Shown here piece after piece: positions 31,080 through 40,954 of a stretch of DNA of 64,000 bases. The stretch spans positions 32,001 to 96,000 of the IMG/VR virus record IMGVR_UViG_3300008111_000019; one strand, given 5' to 3'. Numbering within the stretch: position 1 is the stretch's first letter; each line of letters starts with the position of its first letter. Made by a program: the position numbers and the translations under genes. This DNA is from a virus. The notes beneath the pieces were generated by a model. The model saw nothing but the letters and a program-made list of their open reading frames with translations, was not told where the DNA came from and did no database searches.

Positions 31080-32439
31080 AGCTAGAATACAAAAATTTAT
31101 TCCTATTATGAATGAAGTTTCGCCGACTTTTTGTTTAGCGAAATGGCATCATACTACGATTTATTTACAGACAGGTGAAACTCATAGTTGTTATCACCCT
31201 CCACCACACCCAATTCCTCTTGAAGAGTTAATAATGAATCCCGGTGCATTACATAATACTACTCAAAAGAAAATGGAAAGGCTGGAAATGCTCAACGGAG
31301 AAAAACCCAGCGGTTGTAACTATTGTTGGAATATAGAAGCACTAGGCGAAGATTATATCAGCGATCGAAAAGAAAGAAATGCCAGCATTTACAATCTCGA
31401 AAGATTTGATCAGATTAAAAACGGCGATTGGGATCAAAATATTAATCCTCAATATATAGAAATAAGTTTTGGTAACGAATGTAATTTCAAGTGCGGGTAT
31501 TGTCACCCTAAACATTCAAGCAGTTATTACAAAGAAATAAAAGATCACGGTCCTTATACTATGGTTAAAAATCATAGGAACGACATTGATTGGTTTAAAA
31601 TTTATGAAGAAGAAAATAATCCGTATGTAGATGCCTGGTGGCGTTGGTGGCCTGAAGTACGTAATACTCTGACAATTCTAAGAATAACAGGAGGCGAACC
31701 GTTACTGCAACAAAGTACTTGGCGCCTGTTAGAAGATCTGGAAAACAACCCGTCGCCTGATCTTGAACTTAATATTAACAGCAATTTTGGTGTAAAGCCT
31801 ATACTTTTAGATAGACTTACTGAAAAGGTCAATAATTTAATAGAAAATAAAAAAATTAAAGATTTTAAAATTTTCACTAGTATGGATACTTGGGGTCCCC
31901 AAGCAGAGTATATTCGAACAGGATTAGACATTGAACTATGGGAAAGAAATCTCAATACCTACCTAACTAAAACCAATTTGCCCATAACATTCATGATTAC
32001 CTTTAATATATTAACGGTTCCAAATTTTTCAACTTTATTAACTAAAATTTTAGAGTGGAGACAGAAATATAATCATGATAATCAAAACAAATGGCAACGT
32101 GTGAGATTCGATACTCCGTTTTTAAAAGAACCGTTGCAGTATGATATGAATATATTGCCTAAAGAAGAATTCATGCCCTATATGTACGATCATTTAAATT
32201 TTATCAAAGATAATTTAGATGATAAAAATAGGTTTAAATTTAGTGAATTAGAATATGAAAAATTTTTAAGGGTAGTGAAGTACATGGAAACTACCAACTA
32301 TAGCAATGATAAATTAACTGAAGGAAGAAAAGATTTTTATAATTGGTTCAACGAGTACGATCGAAGACGAGGAACTAATTTTGAAGAAACCTTCCCTCAA
32401 CTAAGAAATTTTTTAGAGATGTGTAAAAATTATGGATAA
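31069..32439 (+). CDS. Radical SAM enzyme with N-terminal twitch-like Cys cluster
   Basis: CxxxCxxC 'CNFKCGYC'; 'ITGGEPL'; N-terminal 'FCLAKW...SCYH...CNYCW'. Confidence 0.9.
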   Translation: MQDKARIQKFIPIMNEVSPTFCLAKWHHTTIYLQTGETHSCYHPPPHPIPLEELIMNPGALHNTTQKKMERLEMLNGEKPSGCNYCWNIEALGEDYISDRKERNASIYNLERFDQIKNGDWDQNINPQYIEISFGNECNFKCGYCHPKHSSSYYKEIKDHGPYTMVKNHRNDIDWFKIYEEENNPYVDAWWRWWPEVRNTLTILRITGGEPLLQQSTWRLLEDLENNPSPDLELNINSNFGVKPILLDRLTEKVNNLIENKKIKDFKIFTSMDTWGPQAEYIRTGLDIELWERNLNTYLTKTNLPITFMITFNILTVPNFSTLLTKILEWRQKYNHDNQNKWQRVRFDTPFLKEPLQYDMNILPKEEFMPYMYDHLNFIKDNLDDKNRFKFSELEYEKFLRVVKYMETTNYSNDKLTEGRKDFYNWFNEYDRRRGTNFEETFPQLRNFLEMCKNYG

Positions 32440-34885
32440 AGACAATTTTTGTTTACAGCCTTGGGTAGGAATTCATGCATGGCCAGACGGGTCAGTTTTC
32501 CCCTGCTGTATGTACGATTCAAGTAAACCCCTTGGAAACATTAATCAAGAACATATTGAAGATTTAGTTAATAACGATTCTTACAAGCAATTAAGACACC
32601 AGTTACTAAACAACGAACGTCCCGAGGGATGTAAGCGTTGTTATCAGTTAGAAGAATCGGGCATTCAAACACTAAGACAATCAACCAGTGCTACGTTCAA
32701 GAAACATCTAATTCCTATTGTTGAATCAAAAAAAGATACAATGAGTGAAGTTAGGTATCTTGATATTAGATTTAGTAATATCTGCAATTTCAAATGCAGA
32801 ACATGTGGCCCCGAATTAAGCAGTAAGTGGGGACCCGAGATTCCTCTTTTAAAAAATCAACCAGATCCTGGAATTATTCAAATACCAAGAGAAAAGTTTT
32901 GGAATTATTACGAACAGGCTTTAGAAACTGCTGAAGAAATAGTTTTTGCTGGGGGTGAGGCATTGATGCAAGAAGAGCATTATGCTGCCTTAACAAAATT
33001 GATCGAGATGAAACGCTTCGATGTCAAGTTAATGTATACTACGAATCTTAGCACTTTGAAATACAAACAGATAGATCTTTTTGAATTATGGAGTAAGTTT
33101 TATAGAGTTGAAGTGTATGCTAGTTTAGATGCATCGTGGGAGCGAGGAGAATACTTACGAAAAGGCACTGTATGGAAAAATATAGTTGAAAACAGGAAAA
33201 AATTAAAATTATTGCCCGGCGTAAAATTCCATATCACGCCTACTATAAGTCTTTATAATGTATGGCATTTTCCAGATTTCTATAAAGAGTGGGTGCTAGA
33301 AGAATTACTAGAACCTAAGAATATTAGATTGAATATACTAACACAGCCCCCTCGTCAACAGGCCAATGTGCTAGAAAATAAACATGTCATTATCGATAAA
33401 TGGAACGAACTAATTACATGGACCAAGGCTGTAATGAAAAATACAGAAGCCAGTTCAGCAGTAGTAAGTCAGTTTGAAAGTGTGATAAATTTTTTAATGA
33501 CTGAACCAGAAAATAAATTTAAATTAACAGAAAAATTTGGATACGTTAATCAATCAGTTGACAGCATTCGAAATGAAGATCTTTTTGAAACTTTCCCAGA
33601 ACTTAGAGATCATTTAAAAATTCCATCGATGAGATCTAAAACGTTTTGTGTATTTCCTTTCTTTAATTTAAACAGCAATACAGATGGTAGTGTAAAACTT
33701 TGTTGTACTGTGCGAGATAATTCACACCTTAAAAAATCTGACGGTACTGAATTTAATTTAGGTCAGGATTCTATAGAAGAAATTTGGAATAACGAACATA
33801 TGCAGAATGCTCGCTGGAAAATGCTAGTGGGTGAAGAAGTTTCTGACTGCCAAGTTTGTTATAGACACGAAAAATTATCCGGTAGTAGCAGTAGAACTGA
33901 ATCTAATAAAAAATATCAATCTGATATTAATGTTATAAAGTCAGTGAATGAATTTTTACACAATTCAAAAGTATCTCTAGACAAATTAACTAGTTTAGAA
34001 TTAAGATTGGGCAATACTTGTAATTTGGCCTGTAATTCATGTTGGGGCGGCAGTAGTAGTAAAGTCAATGAAGAACGGCAACGTATTTTAGATAAAGAGA
34101 CGGAAAATAAAAAATATCAGGTAATGTGGGCCAGTGAACGAAATATTCCTGCTGATATTAATAAATGGTTTAAAAATGAAACATACAAAGATACTATGGA
34201 GAAAGTATCGGGTAATCTTAAAAGAATATACCTTACAGGCGGCGAACCGACTTTGATCAAAGAAAATAGAACATTACTAAAAAATCTTATAGAATCTAAC
34301 AATACAGATTGTTTTGTAAGTTTTACTACTAATGGTACAACAGCAGAAGGCGAACTGTTAGATTTAATGTCTCATTTCCCTAATAATGAGATACAGATCA
34401 GTATAGATGGTGTTGGGTATGAAGGAAATTATATTAGACATCCTTTAAATTGGCAAGAATTTGATAATAACTTTACTGCTATTGCAGCCCTGCCAAATAT
34501 CAAGATTGTTGTTTATTCTGTGATCAGTGCTTACAATTTATTTTCTTTACCAGACATATGGCGTTATCTCGATAACAAAGCAGAATATCGCCCTGTAGGT
34601 TGGTATCCTATTTTCTTAGATAATCCAAACTTTATGCGCACTACGATATGGAGTAGTGAAATGAGATCAGATGCTGTGATTAAAATGCAAGAAGCAGAGG
34701 GACAACTAAAACATCTAAATAGATATGTAGGTCAAGAAGTGTTCCAAAAAATTTACGAATACTATTACAGTGAAGAATACCAAAAAGATAAGATCAGTGA
34801 GTTTTTAGAATTTAATAGACTGCTGGACAAACATAGAGGCACGAATTTCGAGTCTACATTTTTTGAGATATCATGCCGAATCTAA
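32432..34885 (+). CDS. Tandem double radical SAM/twitch enzyme
   Basis: Two modules: 'FCLQPW..PCC..CKRC..CNFKCRTC..AGGEAL' and 'FCVFPF..LCC..CQVC..CNLACNSC..TGGEPT'. Confidence 0.9.
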   Translation: MDKDNFCLQPWVGIHAWPDGSVFPCCMYDSSKPLGNINQEHIEDLVNNDSYKQLRHQLLNNERPEGCKRCYQLEESGIQTLRQSTSATFKKHLIPIVESKKDTMSEVRYLDIRFSNICNFKCRTCGPELSSKWGPEIPLLKNQPDPGIIQIPREKFWNYYEQALETAEEIVFAGGEALMQEEHYAALTKLIEMKRFDVKLMYTTNLSTLKYKQIDLFELWSKFYRVEVYASLDASWERGEYLRKGTVWKNIVENRKKLKLLPGVKFHITPTISLYNVWHFPDFYKEWVLEELLEPKNIRLNILTQPPRQQANVLENKHVIIDKWNELITWTKAVMKNTEASSAVVSQFESVINFLMTEPENKFKLTEKFGYVNQSVDSIRNEDLFETFPELRDHLKIPSMRSKTFCVFPFFNLNSNTDGSVKLCCTVRDNSHLKKSDGTEFNLGQDSIEEIWNNEHMQNARWKMLVGEEVSDCQVCYRHEKLSGSSSRTESNKKYQSDINVIKSVNEFLHNSKVSLDKLTSLELRLGNTCNLACNSCWGGSSSKVNEERQRILDKETENKKYQVMWASERNIPADINKWFKNETYKDTMEKVSGNLKRIYLTGGEPTLIKENRTLLKNLIESNNTDCFVSFTTNGTTAEGELLDLMSHFPNNEIQISIDGVGYEGNYIRHPLNWQEFDNNFTAIAALPNIKIVVYSVISAYNLFSLPDIWRYLDNKAEYRPVGWYPIFLDNPNFMRTTIWSSEMRSDAVIKMQEAEGQLKHLNRYVGQEVFQKIYEYYYSEEYQKDKISEFLEFNRLLDKHRGTNFESTFFEISCRI

Positions 34886-35832
34886 TAGCCATTTCTCCCA
34901 AAGACAATCCGTACCTTGCTATAACATGGCAGGTTAATAATTTTTGCAATTATAGGTGTAGTTATTGTAACGAAGGAAACTGGAGTGGGTCTTACACTAA
35001 TGAAGATAAAATTGATGTTTTATTAGAAAATTTAGAAAAAATAATAAAATATTATCAAGATAACGGTTATGTATATTTCAAGTTTTATTACAGTGGCGGT
35101 GAACCTACCCTCTGGAAAGGTTTAATACCAGTATCTAATTTTCTCAAAGAGAGATTGGGTCATAATGTAACTTTAGGAATTAATACAAACCTAAGTAGAA
35201 AAATTTCTTGGTGGGAAAAACATTATCAATTGTTTGATGATGTAGTTGCTAGTTATCATCCTGAGTTTGCAAATAAATCAAATTACTTAGAAATTGCAGA
35301 ATTTTTACAAAATAAAGTAAATTATCTTTGTTTAAGAATGATGCTGTTAGAAGAAAAGTTCGATGACATGTTAACAGTAGGAGCAGAAATTAAAAGTAAA
35401 TTAAAGAATTACAATCTTGAATGGGTTCCGCTATTAGATGAAATGAGTGTTGTAACGGGCCCGTGGAAATACAAAGATTCTAGAATATCGGATTTTATAT
35501 CAAAAAATAATTTTGAATCTAAGGTAACTATATATAAACCCGAACCAAAAACAGTAATTGCTTCAGTAGAAAAATACGATGATGGCACTGTAAAGACTTT
35601 GAATAGTAATAGAATCGTAGCAGAAAACAGAAATTTTTTCCAAGGATGGAAATGTAAAGTTCAGGAATCTATTTTTATTTCACCTAGCGGAACAATGAGA
35701 GCCGCAAGTTGCGGCCAAGGACCGATGTTAGGAAACATATTCGATGTTTTTAAATTAACGTCAAATGACGTTATCTGTCAAAAGGACTATTGTCATTGCG
35801 GAACTGATATATTAATTACTAAAGAAAAATGA
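34873..35832 (+). CDS. Radical SAM enzyme with C-terminal SPASM/twitch-like Cys cluster
   Basis: 'CNYRCSYC', 'SGGEPT', C-terminal 'WKC...SCGQ...ICQKDYCHCGTD'. Confidence 0.9.
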   Translation: MPNLIAISPKDNPYLAITWQVNNFCNYRCSYCNEGNWSGSYTNEDKIDVLLENLEKIIKYYQDNGYVYFKFYYSGGEPTLWKGLIPVSNFLKERLGHNVTLGINTNLSRKISWWEKHYQLFDDVVASYHPEFANKSNYLEIAEFLQNKVNYLCLRMMLLEEKFDDMLTVGAEIKSKLKNYNLEWVPLLDEMSVVTGPWKYKDSRISDFISKNNFESKVTIYKPEPKTVIASVEKYDDGTVKTLNSNRIVAENRNFFQGWKCKVQESIFISPSGTMRAASCGQGPMLGNIFDVFKLTSNDVICQKDYCHCGTDILITKEK

Positions 35833-37064
35833 CCAGAAAAAATTTTTGCCTATATCCTTTTGCTGCGTTTAGTCTTGATAATGCAGGCAGACAACGTATA
35901 TGTTGTAATAATCAAGGATATGATAGATTAGAAAAAAATAAAGAATTTAACGATCCCACGTTTGAAGTCTTAGAATCTTTTAATAATGATTTTCATAAAG
36001 AAATAAGAAAATATTTCATAGAAGATAAAAAACATCCTACTTGTAAAAAATGTTGGGAGATTGAAAGTAACGGAAAAATAAGTTGGAGACAATGGTTCAA
36101 CGAAAGTTTCGGAGTTTCAATGGATGAAGAATATTGGATTTCGAAATGTGACGCAGACGGTACTATCAAAGAAGCAGAATTTTATTATCTAGATATCACG
36201 TTCGGTAACAGATGTAATCTTAAATGCGTAATGTGTAACGGATTTAACAGTACTTTATTTCTAAAAGAACAATTAGATACCAAACAAATACCTATAGAAC
36301 ATTATGATAGAATGATGAAGTTAGATTGGTATCATGACGGAAGTTGCCTTGAAAAACTGTATCCTTTTGTCAGCAAGGTTGAAAGAATACATATTGTTGG
36401 CGGCGAACCTTTAATAATTGATCATCAAGCATTTTTACAAAAATTTATTGATCTCGGAATATCTAAGAACATAGTATTAAGTTATAATTCTAATCTTACT
36501 AAAACACCAAGAGAAATATTAGACTGTTGGAAAGAATTCAAACGTGTTTATTTGTGTGTAAGTGTTGATGCTTACGGTAAATTAAATGAATTTATTAGAT
36601 ATCCAATGAAATGGAATAAGTTAATAGATAATTTAGAAACTATTGATGCTGTGGCTAAAGAACAAGAAAATATTAGCATACAGATACATGCAACATTTAG
36701 TTCATTAAACTGTGATAGGATTATAGAGTTTTTAGATTGGCACAAGGAAATATCTACACAATTAACATCGATTGAACCTCATCCCATGTTCAATTATGTT
36801 TATAACCCTAAATATTTTGATCCAACACATCTTCCTCAAGAAACTAAAAATAAAATATACGAAGATTATATCAAATGGGAATCAAATAATCTCGAATACT
36901 TAGAAAGAAACGGAACCAGAGAAAGAATTGATATGTTGAAAAGTTATATCGAAAAAATGATAAAGTCTGGAAGAAACGAAAAACTATATCGAGACGGCAT
37001 AGATAAAATTGCTTTCTTTGAAAAAGTAAGAGATATTACTTTTCCTACTAAAACAGAGTCTTAG
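35829..37064 (+). CDS. Radical SAM enzyme with N-terminal twitch-like Cys cluster
   Basis: 'FCLYPF..ICC..CKKCW', 'CNLKCVMC', 'VGGEPL'. Confidence 0.9.
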   Translation: MTRKNFCLYPFAAFSLDNAGRQRICCNNQGYDRLEKNKEFNDPTFEVLESFNNDFHKEIRKYFIEDKKHPTCKKCWEIESNGKISWRQWFNESFGVSMDEEYWISKCDADGTIKEAEFYYLDITFGNRCNLKCVMCNGFNSTLFLKEQLDTKQIPIEHYDRMMKLDWYHDGSCLEKLYPFVSKVERIHIVGGEPLIIDHQAFLQKFIDLGISKNIVLSYNSNLTKTPREILDCWKEFKRVYLCVSVDAYGKLNEFIRYPMKWNKLIDNLETIDAVAKEQENISIQIHATFSSLNCDRIIEFLDWHKEISTQLTSIEPHPMFNYVYNPKYFDPTHLPQETKNKIYEDYIKWESNNLEYLERNGTRERIDMLKSYIEKMIKSGRNEKLYRDGIDKIAFFEKVRDITFPTKTES

Positions 37065-37353
37065 TTGAATCGGTAATATCTCTTTTCAATCTTTCTATAT
37101 CTATTTTAAAATCTATCTTTTTTATTTCGTCTTTGTACTCTTGAAGAGTCTCTAATAGTTTTTCTGCGATAGATTCTGGAGCAGACCCTTGGAGTTGAGC
37201 ACGTACATCAATCTGCCATATCCTGCCATCTTCAAACGTTAAATGTACCATTTCAAGATATGCAACAGGCATGGTATTCATGTACATATCTTCAAATACC
37301 TCCGGCCACTCTTTTACAAGATGCATTGGCGGTCTAAACAACGGCTTAGGCAT
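37048..37353 (-). CDS. Hypothetical protein
   Basis: Last gene of the - strand block; overlaps its upstream gene; 3' end overlaps the rSAM gene. Confidence 0.6.
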   Translation of the reverse strand: MPKPLFRPPMHLVKEWPEVFEDMYMNTMPVAYLEMVHLTFEDGRIWQIDVRAQLQGSAPESIAEKLLETLQEYKDEIKKIDFKIDIERLKRDITDSTKTLF

Positions 37354-37996
37354 CTGCTGTTTCTTTAGTCTTTGAAGATTTTTTTACAGTCGGATCTAGA
37401 TCTTCTGCTTCTTTACGTAGACGTGCTGCTTCTTTGTATAGTGCATCTGCTTGACTGCGTAATCCTTTAGCAATATCTTTGTCAGATAATATTTCATTCT
37501 GCTGTGCTTGAATTTTTGCAGGCTTGCTAGGTTCTCCTAGATCTTTTCCCAGGTCGTTAACTGCGGCAACATTTTCTACAGTAGCATCTGACTGTTTTGG
37601 AGCACCGGATACAAATGTACATAGATCGTCAACAGCACAGTTTTTTTGCTCTGCTATCAACGAATTTAATTGATGCAACGGAATGTTATCATTGGGTGTA
37701 GGAGTCATTAGAACAGAATCAGTAGTTACTCTTTCCAATAATCCGTCTGCTCTTAGTGCCTGTAGCATTGGACGACCATCTGGAAAACTTCTAATAAAAA
37801 GAATTTCACCAAACTCAAAAACTTCTTGAGCCTGATCACTTTCTACTACTTTCATAATAGAGTCGTGATATGTATCAGATAACTGAGCCACAGGAATAAC
37901 TAGAGAATAGTTAGATTCTCCGGGGAGCGTCCTGAATACCACCAAAACTTTCGCTCCCGATTTGATCATTCTACCAGTGTGTTTTAGTGCTCTCAT
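37346..37996 (-). CDS. Hypothetical protein with C-terminal coiled coil
   Basis: 216-aa ORF coupled to its neighbours. Confidence 0.7.
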   Translation of the reverse strand: MRALKHTGRMIKSGAKVLVVFRTLPGESNYSLVIPVAQLSDTYHDSIMKVVESDQAQEVFEFGEILFIRSFPDGRPMLQALRADGLLERVTTDSVLMTPTPNDNIPLHQLNSLIAEQKNCAVDDLCTFVSGAPKQSDATVENVAAVNDLGKDLGEPSKPAKIQAQQNEILSDKDIAKGLRSQADALYKEAARLRKEAEDLDPTVKKSSKTKETADA

Positions 37997-37997
37997 A

Positions 37998-38228
37998 TTA
38001 TTGTTCCTTTTTGTTTACTGAATCTAAAAATGCAGTTAATTTGTTGTAAGTCTTACCAACAACTTCTAGTTCGTTGGCCTTAAATGCACCGCGCTGAGAT
38101 GCGATATCGATGATATTTCTCACAGCAGCAAGATCAGTAATATTTAGATCAGGTGCAGAAGGTTGTGGCGCAGCAGCAGCATCGACAGGCGCTGTAGCGG
38201 CTTCTTGATTTTTTACTTCTTCAGTCAT
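37998..38228 (-). CDS. Hypothetical protein
   Basis: AGGAG SD; 'LNITDL..VRNIIDIASQRGAFKANEL'. Confidence 0.7.
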   Translation of the reverse strand: MTEEVKNQEAATAPVDAAAAPQPSAPDLNITDLAAVRNIIDIASQRGAFKANELEVVGKTYNKLTAFLDSVNKKEQ

Positions 38229-38503
38229 TAATTTCTCCTTAAATGAGGACAGGCTAGTATAAAATAAGTTATCTCTTTTTGATCTTCAAACCCTGCAAAT
38301 CTGGCTGTTTTTAATTTTCCATCTTCGGTTACATAAGGCTGAGGAATGATATAATATCTGCCTTTTAAATTAGCAGTAATCCAATTTTCTATAGTTTGGT
38401 CATTGTCCCATTCTACGGAATGGATCATCACTTTTGAAAAATGCGGAACAGCAGTATTCATTTTTCTGCTGTCTAAGATATCAAGAGCATTAAGATCTAA
38501 CAT
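38228..38503 (-). CDS. Hypothetical protein
   Basis: TAATG coupling; GTAAATA motif just upstream (38512-38518). Confidence 0.6.
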   Translation of the reverse strand: MLDLNALDILDSRKMNTAVPHFSKVMIHSVEWDNDQTIENWITANLKGRYYIIPQPYVTEDGKLKTARFAGFEDQKEITYFILACPHLRRN

Positions 38504-38527
38504 AACGAATTTATTTACGTAATAAGT

Positions 38528-38932
38528 TTATTGAGGTTGGGATTCTTGGCTTAATCTTTTGGCCATGGCTTTGGCTGATCCTAATTTTCTAACATCTCCA
38601 GAAAACAGGTATAACTCAAATGCAGATTTTTCAGATAAAACTTTGATATATCTTTTTTCTAAATGCCAGGGAGTTTCTAAGAATTGGTCTAACCAAATTA
38701 GTACTTGAGGACCTATGGTAAGATCTTTTGGTAAATCTATTTTATAAATTTTAATGTCTGCAACAGTTTCTAAAAATTCTAGACATTGATCAGTGATACG
38801 GAGACCACCGTTGGATTTTTCTCTTGTGCTGAACCACCATCGTGATCGGCAGTCTTTGACATTTTTCTCATCAATGGGTAAGCCGGCCGCCTTTAAAAAA
38901 ACTTCAGTGTATCGGTCTTTATTGTCCATCAC
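38528..38932 (-). CDS. Hypothetical protein
   Basis: Contiguous in the - strand operon. Confidence 0.6.
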   Translation of the reverse strand: MMDNKDRYTEVFLKAAGLPIDEKNVKDCRSRWWFSTREKSNGGLRITDQCLEFLETVADIKIYKIDLPKDLTIGPQVLIWLDQFLETPWHLEKRYIKVLSEKSAFELYLFSGDVRKLGSAKAMAKRLSQESQPQ

Positions 38933-39217
38933 TCATTTCAATTCTTCGCCGGTAGTTAATTTATAAACTGAAAAGTCTTTGGTTTTAAATAATTTATTTA
39001 ATTTCTTGGCGAGATTGTGAGCGTGTCCTGGATTGCTAAAACTTACCTTCTTATATTTAGGTCCGGGATAATTGGCCAGCAGACTACCACTTTTTAAATT
39101 AAAAGGTTTGCTCTGGTAAAACACAGCCCAGATAGCCTCGCTTTCTAAAATTTGTTCCACTTTATAATTCTCTTTGTTTGCATGTTCAAGAATTACTTTA
39201 GGTTTTGGTCTGCTCAT
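38933..39217 (-). CDS. Hypothetical protein
   Basis: 'GPKYKKVSFSNPGHAHNLAKKLN'; GATAAATA upstream. Confidence 0.65.
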   Translation of the reverse strand: MSRPKPKVILEHANKENYKVEQILESEAIWAVFYQSKPFNLKSGSLLANYPGPKYKKVSFSNPGHAHNLAKKLNKLFKTKDFSVYKLTTGEELK

Positions 39218-39247
39218 CTATATACGTATCCTAATAAACCACGTATA

Positions 39248-39255
39248 TATTTATC
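39248..39255 (-). promoter_or_regulatory. T4-like late promoter core (GATAAATA)
   Basis: Intergenic TATTTATC on the + strand, upstream of 39217. Confidence 0.5.
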
Positions 39256-39259
39256 AACT

Positions 39260-39508
39260 TTAGAACGTTCCCCCGTCGAACTTAACATCAATCTTAGTAG
39301 TTGATTCTCGTATTTCCGACAGCATTTGATGTATTTCTTGAACAGTTAAACCTAATTTAGATGTTAGAATAGCCAATTCGGCAGTTAAATCACGTGCTTC
39401 TTGTATAGTGATTCTAATTTCTTTCTGTTGACTCTTTTCAGCAACAACAGTTCTAGAAATTATTTTTTCTATAGTAGGTAATGTAGTAGGTAATTTATTT
39501 TGAGACAC
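39260..39508 (-). CDS. Hypothetical protein
   Basis: Overlaps its upstream gene; GTG start. Confidence 0.55.
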   Translation of the reverse strand: MSQNKLPTTLPTIEKIISRTVVAEKSQQKEIRITIQEARDLTAELAILTSKLGLTVQEIHQMLSEIRESTTKIDVKFDGGTF

Positions 39509-39971
39509 TTGATAGTACCTGTTTCATTTCAATTTCAGTTTTAAACGGGCCTTGATATGGATATCTTTGTAGTGTGATTAATTTAGGGCAAAAACTTTTA
39601 ACCCACCCTTTATCAAACTTGATGATATAATAACCGGCACAGTACAGGCTTTTTGAATCTTCGCTCTTAGTAAATAGAGGTAATTTCTTTTTAATGTCAT
39701 AAAGAGGATTATGAGGTTCGGCACTGGTACTGAATCCGTGAACCTCGTTGGGTAATGCAGTATCACTTTCTTTTACAATCTTAACAACAAAAAAGTCTTT
39801 ACCGAATTGGTCAGTTAAACTTTTTTTGTTTTCGTAGATCTTTATTCCTAACTCATTGCTCATTACAAAACGATTGTCTTCGTTTTTTCTTAGAGTAGCA
39901 ATTTTTTCTCCGTCTTGTTCAACGATCCAAAATTTATTATCGATGATTGGTTTAGCATGTATCTCTGTCAT
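39495..39971 (-). CDS. Hypothetical protein
   Basis: ATGA coupling to the rnh-like gene; 'CAGYY...WVKSFCPKL'. Confidence 0.65.
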   Translation of the reverse strand: MTEIHAKPIIDNKFWIVEQDGEKIATLRKNEDNRFVMSNELGIKIYENKKSLTDQFGKDFFVVKIVKESDTALPNEVHGFSTSAEPHNPLYDIKKKLPLFTKSEDSKSLYCAGYYIIKFDKGWVKSFCPKLITLQRYPYQGPFKTEIEMKQVLSSVSK

Positions 39972-40954
39972 AGTGTGTACCTCGCATTTAGTGGTTCAGC
40001 ATAACTTTGCGCCTGTTCGGCAATTTTTTTCAAATCATATAGATTACAAAATTTAATCAGTCTAATACCTACTTGACTGATATTTTTATTTGCATCAATA
40101 GCCTGTGAGATAGTTGTGGCAATGATTTCTTTAATGTCGTCTGGTTGATGACCCAAATCAATCAGTCGACGATTGCGTTCATAATCTTCTAGTACACGAT
40201 GTTCTTTGCCTTCGTGGTCAGTCCATCTCTGAAGCATGAGATTGTTCCACGCAAATCCTTTGGTTTTACGATCTTCGAACGCTTCAGTAAGACCCACTTT
40301 TTTGCTTGTGCCTTTAGTACGCACACCTGGATACGCCGAGAAGACATTATCACTGGTATCACCACGCATACATTTTTCAAACAAGAGCCATTCTGGATTT
40401 GGAGCGGCTTTTGCTTCTTTTGTTTTCTTATCAATGACTGGTTTACCTTTGTCATCAAAGATTCCTTCGTGTGTGATTACATGTTCCATAACACCATTGT
40501 ATTGTTTTACATTAGGTGCAATAAGTTGTACAAAATCTGTATCAGTTGAAATAATCACATGATTATCATCTGGATGACTTTGAATCCAACCTGCAATAAG
40601 ATCGTCTGCTTCTAGTTGTGGATTTTGTAGTACTGTGCAGTTAGTTTTATCTGTAATAAAATCTTTGAATGTATCAAACGCTTCCCAAAATACTTTTTCT
40701 TCTTCTGCTTCTTTTTCTGTGTGTGCGGCACGAGCATCTGATCGATTTCGTTTATAAGGAGCATAATAGTCTTTGCGCCATGATCTACCTTCTAAGCAGA
40801 AAATAACGTGAGTACCATTAAACTGCTGCCACGCTTTACGAATAGAATTTAGAGTTATGTGAAATGCCATGCCAAGTTTAATATCGGCATCGCCGTTAAT
40901 AACATGTCTAGCACGAAAAAATGTGTTAGCAGTATCAACTAAAATATATGTCAT
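39968..40954 (-). CDS. rnh: T4-type RNase H / 5'-3' flap exonuclease
   Basis: FEN/PIN motifs 'LVDTAN', 'WRK..Y..YKRNR', 'LEADDLIA', 'ISTDTDFVQL', 'RGDTSDNV'. Confidence 0.9.
   Translation of the reverse strand: MTYILVDTANTFFRARHVINGDADIKLGMAFHITLNSIRKAWQQFNGTHVIFCLEGRSWRKDYYAPYKRNRSDARAAHTEKEAEEEKVFWEAFDTFKDFITDKTNCTVLQNPQLEADDLIAGWIQSHPDDNHVIISTDTDFVQLIAPNVKQYNGVMEHVITHEGIFDDKGKPVIDKKTKEAKAAPNPEWLLFEKCMRGDTSDNVFSAYPGVRTKGTSKKVGLTEAFEDRKTKGFAWNNLMLQRWTDHEGKEHRVLEDYERNRRLIDLGHQPDDIKEIIATTISQAIDANKNISQVGIRLIKFCNLYDLKKIAEQAQSYAEPLNARYTL

Noticed and set aside
1033..31955. Many - strand ORFs of 60-190 aa inside the structural, GT and rSAM genes
   Set aside because: Antisense shadows of long + strand genes; no SDs, motifs or coupling.
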